From positions 1 through 64,000 of the IMG/VR virus record IMGVR_UViG_3300046787_000286: 64,000 nt of DNA. One strand, 5' to 3'. The notes beneath the pieces are model-generated. The model was given only the letters and a program-made list of their open reading frames with translations, did no database searches and was not told the origin of the DNA. Position 1 is the stretch's first letter. Each line of letters starts with the position of its first letter. Below, piece after piece: positions 30,998 to 40,049 of this stretch. A program made the translations under genes and the position numbers.

Positions 30998-32279
30998 CAC
31001 AATGTGTTTAGCGCCGTGGGTGCATACATATCTAAGCCCGCAAACAGAGCGTAGAATGTGCTGTGCGAGTCGCGAACCTGCACAGAACTTTACCCAGTAT
31101 ATAGACACTGGCGCCGGTACCGGGAAATACATTCCTTTAACACTGGAGCAGCACTGGAATAGTGACCACATGAAGAGTGTGCGTAAAAGAATGATGAACG
31201 GGGAAACTCTCCCAGAATGTGAAGTATGCAATGACCGACTCCTTAACACTTCAGTATACCGCACCTACTTCGATCATTTATTTCAGCACAAACTCCCCGA
31301 AGTTTACGCTACAACGCTGGAGGATGGTTTCACGACTATGGCTCCTGTATCGTGGGATTATAGGTTCAGTAACTTATGTAACTTCAAGTGCAGGACCTGC
31401 GGAGATATGCTATCATCAGCCTGGGAATCAGAGCAGAAGACTCATAGCATGGTTAATTGGCACGACAGCAAAAACAATTGGATGGTACCCGAAATTCGCA
31501 AAGAGATATCACAATTTCAGGATGGTGAGATTGAGGCCGAATTTAGTGCGGCTGTAGAAAATCATTCAGTAGAAGAAATATACTGGGTAGGTGGAGAACC
31601 GCTGATGTACGAACAGCATTGGCGCTATATGAAAAGAATTGTGGAGCTGGGTGATGGACCTAAACTATACGCTAGATACAATACTAATTTGTCTAGAATT
31701 AGCTATCGGGGTATATCTCTTTATAGGGATATCCTCGCTCATGTACGGGATTGGCAGATATGTGCTAGCTTGGATGGAACTAACGAAATCGGTGAATATA
31801 TTCGTACAGGACTGGATTACAAACAGTTCTTTGATAATTTTGAATACGGATTACAACATGCAAAGCACCGCAGACAAATGCGTATTGACTTTACCCTCAC
31901 ACTACCCGGGATGTTCGAGACTGGTGCGATACAACGCCTGGCTCAGTACTGGGGCGTGGAACTACTAAGCAAGGTAATCTTTAGCTTTAGTCCAGATATC
32001 ATAATGAGTCCGCTGGCTCTGCCCCGGCACATACTGCATCCTTGGCTAGATGAATTGATTGCAGAATGTACTCAAGACAGCATGCGTGATGTATTAACAC
32101 AGCTAAAGAACCGCCCTACGTTTGATGAACAATGGCCAAATGAGTACCAAGCAGCTCTTGCTCGAGGCCGGGCTCGTGTGTTAAAATTAGAACAAATACG
32201 CACACAAAAAGTAACCATGACTGACATATTGAGTCAGCGTAAAGATGTATTAGAATGGTGGATGAACATTGAAACTTGA
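30984..32279 (+). CDS. Radical SAM protein 7
   Basis: CNFKCRTC, 'VGGEP', CLAPW..RMCC and CEVCN. Confidence 0.9.
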   Translation: MNKPDTMCLAPWVHTYLSPQTERRMCCASREPAQNFTQYIDTGAGTGKYIPLTLEQHWNSDHMKSVRKRMMNGETLPECEVCNDRLLNTSVYRTYFDHLFQHKLPEVYATTLEDGFTTMAPVSWDYRFSNLCNFKCRTCGDMLSSAWESEQKTHSMVNWHDSKNNWMVPEIRKEISQFQDGEIEAEFSAAVENHSVEEIYWVGGEPLMYEQHWRYMKRIVELGDGPKLYARYNTNLSRISYRGISLYRDILAHVRDWQICASLDGTNEIGEYIRTGLDYKQFFDNFEYGLQHAKHRRQMRIDFTLTLPGMFETGAIQRLAQYWGVELLSKVIFSFSPDIIMSPLALPRHILHPWLDELIAECTQDSMRDVLTQLKNRPTFDEQWPNEYQAALARGRARVLKLEQIRTQKVTMTDILSQRKDVLEWWMNIET

Positions 32280-33309
32280 TGAAATTGAAATCACCCTGCG
32301 TGGCAAAGACAGTGAGTTAACTGTTTACATAGACATAGATAACAACAGTCTAAGCCGTAAATGGCTGGGTGCATTAAATCATTTAATTGCAAATGATTAT
32401 CATTTAGAAAAGAATTACTGCTGGCTAGGGTGGACAGGGACAGAAAGATCAGTTGATTTATTGTGTCAAAACATTAACCGTAGTGTTGAGCATATTAACC
32501 GCAGCGCATTAGACTATTACATAGCTACAGATCCATTTACCTCTGCTAATGTAGTAGATGAAAAGCTAGGTGTAAACCACGAGCGCATGAATCTGCTGCA
32601 TCGTTGGTTTGAAGACCTGCAAGGATGGTCTGGCAGTATCTCAAACCACTATAACAGTGCAGACACAGAAACACGCTGGCATATACGTCAATTAAATCTC
32701 CTGTGCCACGAGCTAGAAAGCCTTGTGTTAAGCATACGCAAAGACTCAACAGCACCAGAATGGAAGCGCCCTAGTCAATTAATGTGTTGGCTAAATGCTC
32801 CACGTTATGAATTAGAGGAAGAAGATTATGAGCTCTTTGGGGTTGATACTATTAATCGTAGTCTCGGTGGTGTGTATGTGGGAGTTAATAAAGCAGTGGG
32901 CAAACATCATTGGGAAGTGTTCTGTGACGAAGGCAGAGATAGTAGAATTGGTGAGCTGGTTACTAGTTCCTTACGTTCGCAAACTCAAGCCGCTGGGGAC
33001 TTTGATATTGAATGGGCCCGTGACCCTGGAGCGTTTCACTGGCAGATCAAACAACTGGGTGAGTTTAAAGAGTGGCTTACAAATAACGGGTTCGACCCAG
33101 ACGATAAGCACCTTACAATCGGGCACCCGCAAGTGGGACAAGTGGATCTCAACAGGTCGTTTGGGTCAACTGACTATCGAGAGATATGGCGCCAGCTATC
33201 CACTAAGCTGGATGTGTATAAAATACGCACATCATCTGCTGAAGCTATATATGATTACAGATGGTCGGATATCGATTATGCTAAACAACAACAAAGGTAT
33301 TTAAAATGA
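32269..33309 (+). CDS. Hypothetical protein in the radical SAM island
   Basis: 346-aa ORF overlapping both neighbours; no motif recognised. Confidence 0.75.
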   Translation: MKLDEIEITLRGKDSELTVYIDIDNNSLSRKWLGALNHLIANDYHLEKNYCWLGWTGTERSVDLLCQNINRSVEHINRSALDYYIATDPFTSANVVDEKLGVNHERMNLLHRWFEDLQGWSGSISNHYNSADTETRWHIRQLNLLCHELESLVLSIRKDSTAPEWKRPSQLMCWLNAPRYELEEEDYELFGVDTINRSLGGVYVGVNKAVGKHHWEVFCDEGRDSRIGELVTSSLRSQTQAAGDFDIEWARDPGAFHWQIKQLGEFKEWLTNNGFDPDDKHLTIGHPQVGQVDLNRSFGSTDYREIWRQLSTKLDVYKIRTSSAEAIYDYRWSDIDYAKQQQRYLK

Positions 33310-33407
33310 AATGGATTAAAAATCTATGGGCAAGGATCACGTTAGAAATACGTTATCGTAAAAAACTAAAAGAACTACGTAAACGCGACCCATTTATCTA
33401 CAAATGA
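33306..33407 (+). CDS. 33-aa basic peptide (missed by ORF track)
   Basis: MKWIKNLWARITLEIRYRKKLKELRKRDPFIYK*; ATGA overlaps at both ends. Confidence 0.7.
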   Translation: MKWIKNLWARITLEIRYRKKLKELRKRDPFIYK

Positions 33408-34885
33408 ATACACTAGGCATATCAGCAGGGTTTCATGATGCAGCAGCGTCTGTAATTGACCGCGACGGTAACATACTGTTTGCCAGTCATTCTGAACGTT
33501 ATAGTAAACAAAAGAGTGACTCAGATATTTCGTTAGAAATGTTAAACGAAATAGATATGAGTACTGTAGATACCATTGCGTACTACGAGCGTCCTTTAGT
33601 TAAACAACTACGTCAATTTTATTCCGGACAAGGGATTGAGTGGGATAAGCTAACTACTCGACAAGTATTAGAACAACAGTTGGGCTACAACAGAATTGGC
33701 AATCGCAAGCTAAAAAGCTACAATCATCACTTGTGTCATGCAGCCGCAGGCTTTCAAACCAGCTCGTTTGATCGTGCTACTGTAGTTGTGATTGATGCAG
33801 TAGGCGAGTTTGAAACCATTACTATATGGGGAGCAGAATATGATAAACACGGTCGTGCAAAGTATAAGAAACTTTGGCAACAACATTACCCACATTCAAT
33901 TGGACTCTTTTACACTGGAGTTACTCAGCGGGTTGGCCTACGCCCACTAGACGAAGAATACATTCTAATGGGAATGGCAGCATACGGCAGTAACGACGTT
34001 AGTAATCGCATGCGTTATGATCTAATAGACGACGAATGGGAAATACGTTTCAAGGAGAACTTGCATCTAGGACTGTCAGTTAAATATCTAAGCGATTATT
34101 CAGACTTTGATATTGCTGCCGGCGCACAAGACTTGGTAGAAGACCTGATACTCAACGTTATGGTTCGAGCAAGAAAGTTCAAGTGGAGCAGTAATTTAGT
34201 CTACATGGGCGGTGTTGCTCTTAATTGCTCTGCTAATAGGAGAATTGGAAATTATTTCGATAATATATGGATTATGCCTAATCCTGGCGATGCTGGCAGT
34301 AGTCTTGGCGCTGCCGCTTTGGCTCATGGGCGTAAAATTAACTGGAGCAACGCTTATCTCGGGCATGATATTCCTGGTGCTTATCCTGTTAACGACATAC
34401 TTGATGAGCTACTTGTTCGGAAGATTGTGGGAGTGGCTTCCGGGAGAGCCGAGTTCGGTCCAAGAGCACTTGGAAACAGAAGCCTGCTTGCAGATCCTAG
34501 AGGCAGCGAGATTAAGGAGAAAGTAAATGACATTAAACGTAGACAACAATTCAGACCATTTGCGCCCGTTATTTTGGAGGAACTGGCTGATACTTACTTT
34601 GATATGCCTCGTGGCTTCAGTAATAGTAGGTATATGCAGTCAGTCGCTCGTTGTAGGGTACCTGAGTTATTTCCTGCTATCGTTCACGCTGACGGCACTA
34701 GTCGTGTTCAGACAGTGCCGAAAGATGGATCAGGCATTAGAGAACTGCTTGAAAAATGGTACGTAATGACTGACTGCCCCATGTTGCTTAACACAAGTTT
34801 AAACATACGTGGGGAGCCTATGGTTAACGATCGAGCAGACGCTGACCGCTTTGAACGAGAGTATGGGGTTAGAGTATGTTCTTAA
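33404..34885 (+). CDS. Carbamoyltransferase (NodU/CmcH family)
   Basis: 'GISAGFHDAAA', 'HHLCHAAA', 'GGVALNC', 'GRAEFGPRALGNRS', 'RQQFRPFAP', 'LLNTSLNIRGEP'. Confidence 0.95.
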   Translation: MNTLGISAGFHDAAASVIDRDGNILFASHSERYSKQKSDSDISLEMLNEIDMSTVDTIAYYERPLVKQLRQFYSGQGIEWDKLTTRQVLEQQLGYNRIGNRKLKSYNHHLCHAAAGFQTSSFDRATVVVIDAVGEFETITIWGAEYDKHGRAKYKKLWQQHYPHSIGLFYTGVTQRVGLRPLDEEYILMGMAAYGSNDVSNRMRYDLIDDEWEIRFKENLHLGLSVKYLSDYSDFDIAAGAQDLVEDLILNVMVRARKFKWSSNLVYMGGVALNCSANRRIGNYFDNIWIMPNPGDAGSSLGAAALAHGRKINWSNAYLGHDIPGAYPVNDILDELLVRKIVGVASGRAEFGPRALGNRSLLADPRGSEIKEKVNDIKRRQQFRPFAPVILEELADTYFDMPRGFSNSRYMQSVARCRVPELFPAIVHADGTSRVQTVPKDGSGIRELLEKWYVMTDCPMLLNTSLNIRGEPMVNDRADADRFEREYGVRVCS

Positions 34886-36059
34886 CCAGCTCTGCTAGCT
34901 TTAGTTTCTTATCCAAGCTGCTGAGATATAGCTGACGATTATACTGCATATCTTCCCACATACTCATATACCAGGCGTGCATGTCCAGGTTTTTTATTTT
35001 CTTTACAGCTTCCACACATAGTTTAAAACGCTCAGTGTTATCTTCCACTTCGTCATAACTGTTGTCAATTGCATAGTCATAGGTTCTGTACCCTAATTTA
35101 CGCAAAGTCTTTAATGTATGTGGAGTACCGAATACCACAAATGGTTGTCCGTGACGAATAGGTTTAAACACCTTTTCACTAATGAAACAACCGTTGCTGC
35201 CGTCTGCATCAAAGAACGTTTCTAGTACTAAATGACAATAGCTATCAGCATAGTGCTCAGGTACAAACATCCAGTGACTGTTATGTTCTGTGGCGTTTTG
35301 TTCGTCGCACTTGTAAGGCCCTGCTGCTAAAAACTCAGCCATGCTGGTATCTAGCCTGGCAAATTGATGCACTTGAATTGGGTTGTCTTCGTAACGATCG
35401 CCAATGTCCACATTGCCGTAACTCCAGTAGCTATTGCCCAGCAACTGATTATTATACAAATGACTCACAATAGTTGAGCGCCACCATTTGTGTACACGAC
35501 TTAATAGTGTAAACTCTCTATTGCGCTTGAACAGGTGAGGCTCACACCCAATTTGCGGAATATCATTCCATACTACACTATTGCGCCAGTAAAACAATTC
35601 GTGATCAGCAAAGTAAACAAAGTTATCTATACTGTCTGCTTCTGTGTTACCGGATATAAAGCGATAGCAGTCTACTGGCAAGTTATGCTCCGCACACAGT
35701 TGATCTAGTCGTGCTTTTTCGTGATGCGGATTGTCGCCTTCGTGATAATAGAATAACGCACGTAATTTGCCACTACGCAGATAGCTTCTAACTTGCTCGC
35801 TCATTAGGCCAAAGAAGTCTAGTGAAAAGTCAAACCAACTGATACCAATAGGGTAGAACGCATTGGGCGGCAATGACTCGTTGATGTAGCTGATGTTAAT
35901 AGGAAAGCCGTGATCCGCTGCATAGTAGAATATGCGTATGGGACAAATAAATGGATACTCGTCACCTATGTCACTGTATCCTGTGCGTGTGTCTGTCCAG
36001 GGTGCTAGATTAGGGTAAGGCCCTGCAGAGCCTGTTCGATCATAAACGAGATTCAGCAT
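34869..36059 (-). CDS. GT10-like glycosyltransferase-like protein
   Basis: 'CHLVLETF...FISEKVFKPIRHGQPF...LRKLGYRTY...DNSYD'; paralogue of 23253. Confidence 0.6.
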   Translation of the reverse strand: MLNLVYDRTGSAGPYPNLAPWTDTRTGYSDIGDEYPFICPIRIFYYAADHGFPINISYINESLPPNAFYPIGISWFDFSLDFFGLMSEQVRSYLRSGKLRALFYYHEGDNPHHEKARLDQLCAEHNLPVDCYRFISGNTEADSIDNFVYFADHELFYWRNSVVWNDIPQIGCEPHLFKRNREFTLLSRVHKWWRSTIVSHLYNNQLLGNSYWSYGNVDIGDRYEDNPIQVHQFARLDTSMAEFLAAGPYKCDEQNATEHNSHWMFVPEHYADSYCHLVLETFFDADGSNGCFISEKVFKPIRHGQPFVVFGTPHTLKTLRKLGYRTYDYAIDNSYDEVEDNTERFKLCVEAVKKIKNLDMHAWYMSMWEDMQYNRQLYLSSLDKKLKLAELVKNIL

Positions 36060-37185
36060 GAATATCCTTTAACATAGATTGTAGCTCGTCCCACAGAATC
36101 TCTTCAAAACCACCATTATAGAAGTGTTTCCAATTATGCTCGACCGTCTCACGACAAAGGTGGAATAGTGCAATTCTTTCTTCAACGGAAAGGTCACAAA
36201 GAGTTTTAAGCAAGCTGGCAATCGCTGCGATACGCTCATGAGGATCCGCAATTGTGTCGTAGGTCTCATCCCATATATGCCCAAAAGTCTTAAATCCATA
36301 ACTACGCAAATACTCCAAACTGCCTTGTGTTGCTACTAGCACAAACGGCATACCTAATGCAATAGGTTTAAATGTTTTCTCTGTTAAATGATGTCTGCGA
36401 CCATCTGCAACAGTTTCGGTTACTAAGTATAGCAGACTATCTGCTGCTTGGTCAAACAAACTGAGCCAGCATGAATGCATGGGGTGATCAGTTTCGTTCT
36501 CAAAGTTAATAGGCAACTGCTGTGCAGCAAACACATCCTGTATATCTGGGTAGATTCCTAACAATGGCTCAGCAGCATCTACTATGCTTATGTTCTCAGC
36601 AGGGCACACAGCAGGGCACGAAATGTGATTGTCTGTTAGATTGTTCTTGAATATGTGATAAAGCATTTCCAATCTGTGTTTGCGTTCGCCTGCAATAATA
36701 CGGTTAGGTGCTATAAACGTTCGAGTAGGAGCACGTTTAGCAATAGGTGTAATTAGGAATGTTTTATTATATCCTCTATACCAGTCTAGTGCTGCCCAAC
36801 CGTGAAAGAAATAGTAATAACTGCGCCAGCCAAAAGATGCACACAATTCATCCACAGCATCGCTATCACGTTCACTGGTTACAATGCTACCGGGCCACTT
36901 TTTGTAACCTTCAAATTTGGGTAAATTCTCAGCGTTCCAGTGAATGTCGTAATTGTGGTAATCTCTAACTCGATCAAACGTAGGTAAGTGTATACCCAAA
37001 TGAATTGGCTCTTGATCAAAAAATAGTGTATAATTATACTCGGGTATGTCATTTAGTCCATAATTAAGTATACTATCAGGATCGCTTCTACCGAATGGAT
37101 CGCAAAATTGTATTCTATGGCCTGGTAAATTTTTCTTAAACCACGGCCAAAATGTATTTTGATATATTTCGTCTATTCTAAACAT
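36040..37185 (-). CDS. GT10-like glycosyltransferase-like protein
   Basis: 'LYLVTETV...LTEKTFKPIALGMPF...LRSYGFKTF...DETYD'. Confidence 0.6.
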   Translation of the reverse strand: MFRIDEIYQNTFWPWFKKNLPGHRIQFCDPFGRSDPDSILNYGLNDIPEYNYTLFFDQEPIHLGIHLPTFDRVRDYHNYDIHWNAENLPKFEGYKKWPGSIVTSERDSDAVDELCASFGWRSYYYFFHGWAALDWYRGYNKTFLITPIAKRAPTRTFIAPNRIIAGERKHRLEMLYHIFKNNLTDNHISCPAVCPAENISIVDAAEPLLGIYPDIQDVFAAQQLPINFENETDHPMHSCWLSLFDQAADSLLYLVTETVADGRRHHLTEKTFKPIALGMPFVLVATQGSLEYLRSYGFKTFGHIWDETYDTIADPHERIAAIASLLKTLCDLSVEERIALFHLCRETVEHNWKHFYNGGFEEILWDELQSMLKDIHAESRL

Positions 37186-38989
37186 GTTTGATATTTTTTA
37201 TATTGGCCAGAAGCCAAATCTTTTTGCCCACGAGCAGCCAGTTGATAGCATAAAGCAAGCACAAGAACTCAGCAGAACTAGATATTGTTGGGTAATAAAT
37301 TACTTAGCGGATCTGGGCAGTTGGGATTTTCTTTGGGAACCAAGTCCGTGGCAAAGTCACTTTAGACATGCATGGCCCAGCCAACATCAAAAAGACGCAG
37401 GCGTATATCTTGTTCCCAAGACCTGGAATGGAACTGACACACACTACCATACTAGCCCTGCTGTAACTAGACTATCAGGTGTCGACAACTGGAGCGGTGT
37501 TAATTATAACTTTGACTATTCGTGGCACCCAGACTACAGTGAGCCACCGTACATTTATCAGTTTGGTACACAGCACCAACGCACAGGTGGCCCACAATAT
37601 ATTATTCCGGGCGCAACAGAAATCAAGTTTGTAGACCAATACAAGGTCAAAGTTGATAGGGTTGCTACAGCTATTGTAGAAATTGATCACTTGGACGGTA
37701 ATGCAGGACACATACCCGGTGCTACTGATAGAGCAAGATACTTTGACAACTACAGAGATACGCTGATTCGTATTGCAAAAAAATTAAACGGGCAACACGA
37801 ATTTGCTTGGATATGTTCTAGCATCTGCGACTACGAAGGGTTTGACTTTTCGTGGCACCCAGAGCAGTGGCAAGCAACAATGCTTCATGTATTCCCCAGC
37901 AATGATCAAAAGTTTGGCGATACATTCTTTATGCATGTGCCTACCTTTGCGTATCGAGCAGAACAGTTTAAATTACTAGACTGGTATGATGTAAACTTTA
38001 TTGATACAGTAGTACCTAGACGTCGATTACCTGTGATAGAACACACCAGTGACAGTCAAGCAGAAGCAATCAAAAGCACCGACTGGGCAGGGCCATTGGC
38101 ATTGTTTACAGTGGACGGATTGCCAATGACTATCCCCGCAGTGTCTTTATGGAGACAAGAAACAAAAACAATCATGCCGTTGAGTAAGGGCGCAAGTTCT
38201 GTAATTGTTCCTAAAACAGCAGTGCCATATATCAAAACACAGCTATACGATTACCCTTACATAGATAAAACTAATACTAGGCGTGCTAGCGATCAACCTC
38301 TAGACATTGTGTTTATCAGCAACGGTGAATCAAATGCAGAAGACAACTGGATGATGTTGGAAAACAGGATCTTGTTGTTGGAACCAAACAAACTACACAG
38401 AGTAGATAGAGTCAACGGTCGAGCTGCTGCTTATCATGCCGCTGCTAGAGCAAGTACTACACCTTGGTTCTTTGCAGTGTTTGGCAAGTTAGCAATCGAT
38501 TTAAGATTTGATTGGGAGTGGCAACCTGATCGCATGCAGGAAGCCAAGCACTACATCTTCCACGCTCGTAATCCTGTTAATGGATTAGAGTATGGCCATC
38601 AGGCAATGATTGCTTACAACAAGCAATTGGTATTAAACAATCCTGGGGTAGGACTAGACTTCACACTAGATAGCCCACACGAGGTTGTTCCTATCCTTAC
38701 AGGCACAGCCTATTATAATGATAGTGCGTGGCAGTGCTGGCGCACAGCGTTTCGCGAAGTTCTAAAGCTCAAAGCAAGTCTTCCTGATGTAGAAGCAGAG
38801 TATCGTATTAGTCGCTGGCTACTCCCTAACTTTGGAGATATTGATAAGTGGAGCCAGTTGGGCGCACAAGATGCAGTTGAGTACTACGATGAAGTGGACG
38901 GAGACTTCGATGCTCTTAAAAAGAGCTATGAATGGGAATGGCTAGCAAGCTATGCGTTCGTTAAACGCAGTCTAGTACCTGGTCAATAA
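37184..38989 (+). CDS. Multi-domain glycosyltransferase-like protein
   Basis: 601 aa with an internal repeat ('FDYSWHP' / 'FDFSWHP'). The C-terminal domain is paralogous to 20945 ('DIVFIS', 'AAAYHAAA', 'WRTAFREVLK'). Confidence 0.6.
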   Translation: MFDIFYIGQKPNLFAHEQPVDSIKQAQELSRTRYCWVINYLADLGSWDFLWEPSPWQSHFRHAWPSQHQKDAGVYLVPKTWNGTDTHYHTSPAVTRLSGVDNWSGVNYNFDYSWHPDYSEPPYIYQFGTQHQRTGGPQYIIPGATEIKFVDQYKVKVDRVATAIVEIDHLDGNAGHIPGATDRARYFDNYRDTLIRIAKKLNGQHEFAWICSSICDYEGFDFSWHPEQWQATMLHVFPSNDQKFGDTFFMHVPTFAYRAEQFKLLDWYDVNFIDTVVPRRRLPVIEHTSDSQAEAIKSTDWAGPLALFTVDGLPMTIPAVSLWRQETKTIMPLSKGASSVIVPKTAVPYIKTQLYDYPYIDKTNTRRASDQPLDIVFISNGESNAEDNWMMLENRILLLEPNKLHRVDRVNGRAAAYHAAARASTTPWFFAVFGKLAIDLRFDWEWQPDRMQEAKHYIFHARNPVNGLEYGHQAMIAYNKQLVLNNPGVGLDFTLDSPHEVVPILTGTAYYNDSAWQCWRTAFREVLKLKASLPDVEAEYRISRWLLPNFGDIDKWSQLGAQDAVEYYDEVDGDFDALKKSYEWEWLASYAFVKRSLVPGQ

Positions 38990-40049
38990 CATATTCAACT
39001 TCTGAATCTGTTAGCTCAGGATAGATAGGCAAGCTCAAACAACGTCTGCTTAGAGCTTCTGCGCCACTAAAGAAACGTTCGCTGTGGTAGCAATTACTAT
39101 ATGCTGGTAAACTCCACAAAGGCTCTGTGTAATGCACTTTTGTTTCAATGCCACGTTCTTTAAGTTTAGCGGCCACTTGATCTCGGTTGTCTAGTGCAAT
39201 AACAAACTTGTGATAGCAATGCTTGTCAAAGTTTGTTTTATCTATTAAACTACGCACAGGGCTATTTTCTAAACGAGTCATCCAGTCTTGTGCAATAACT
39301 CGTCTACGATGTTGCCAGTAATCAATAGCGCGAGTCTTGACCATCATTTGGGCACAGTCTATTTCACTCATGCGAGAGTTAGATCCTGCCATGTGATGTT
39401 TGTGATGTTTTCCGTGTGTGGTCCAGTCTCTAGCAAACGAAGCCAGTAACGAATCATCTGTTACAATAGCGCCGCCGTTGCCATAGTTTGCTAGATTCTT
39501 TGTGGGATCGAAACTAATAGCAGTGGCTTTACTGCGACGTCTACATTTATCTGCAAGCCAATGCTGGGCACCATCCTCGATTACGTAGTCTGAATAGTAA
39601 TACGCAGTATCATCAGCAAGTGCCTGTCCGTATAACCCAACTACGCATACGGCTTGACGACTACGACTGCGATCGATCTTGTTGTAGTCTATTTGTCCGT
39701 AAGCATCTGTGTCAATAAGATCTATTTCCCAACCTGCACGACTCCATGCGTTGGCAGTAGCAGGGAATGTTAGTGCAGGGAGTATCACACGCGGAGGGTG
39801 TATACTTTGTTCTTCGGCATAATACGCAGCAATAATTTCTAATGCTTGTGTGCCAGAGTGGCAGGTTACTGCATGTCGTTGACGATTCTTGTTAGCAAGC
39901 CATTCTTCGAACAGTGTAGTTTGTTCCCCGCTCATGAGGTTACCTGAACGCAACACTCGATCAGTTGCATCCAGGATTTCTTCTCTGAGATTGTTATACT
40001 GCCTTTGGATTCCAGTAAACGGAATTGTTAAGCCATTTGTAGTATTCAT
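38961..40049 (-). CDS. DegT/DnrJ/EryC1/StrS PLP-dependent sugar aminotransferase
   Basis: 'SGTQAL', 'IEDGAQ', 'SFDPTKNL..YGNGGA' (catalytic Lys), 'NSRMSEI', 'LSLPIYPEL'. Confidence 0.92.
   Translation of the reverse strand: MNTTNGLTIPFTGIQRQYNNLREEILDATDRVLRSGNLMSGEQTTLFEEWLANKNRQRHAVTCHSGTQALEIIAAYYAEEQSIHPPRVILPALTFPATANAWSRAGWEIDLIDTDAYGQIDYNKIDRSRSRQAVCVVGLYGQALADDTAYYYSDYVIEDGAQHWLADKCRRRSKATAISFDPTKNLANYGNGGAIVTDDSLLASFARDWTTHGKHHKHHMAGSNSRMSEIDCAQMMVKTRAIDYWQHRRRVIAQDWMTRLENSPVRSLIDKTNFDKHCYHKFVIALDNRDQVAAKLKERGIETKVHYTEPLWSLPAYSNCYHSERFFSGAEALSRRCLSLPIYPELTDSEVEYVIDQVLDCV

Noticed and set aside
21878-32279. Radical SAM/SPASM cluster as a RiPP (peptide-modifying) pathway with the 33-aa ORF as precursor
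   Set aside because: No RRE/PqqD domain, peptidase or exporter recognised, and the context is sugar enzymes. Not excluded, but less supported than glycan tailoring.
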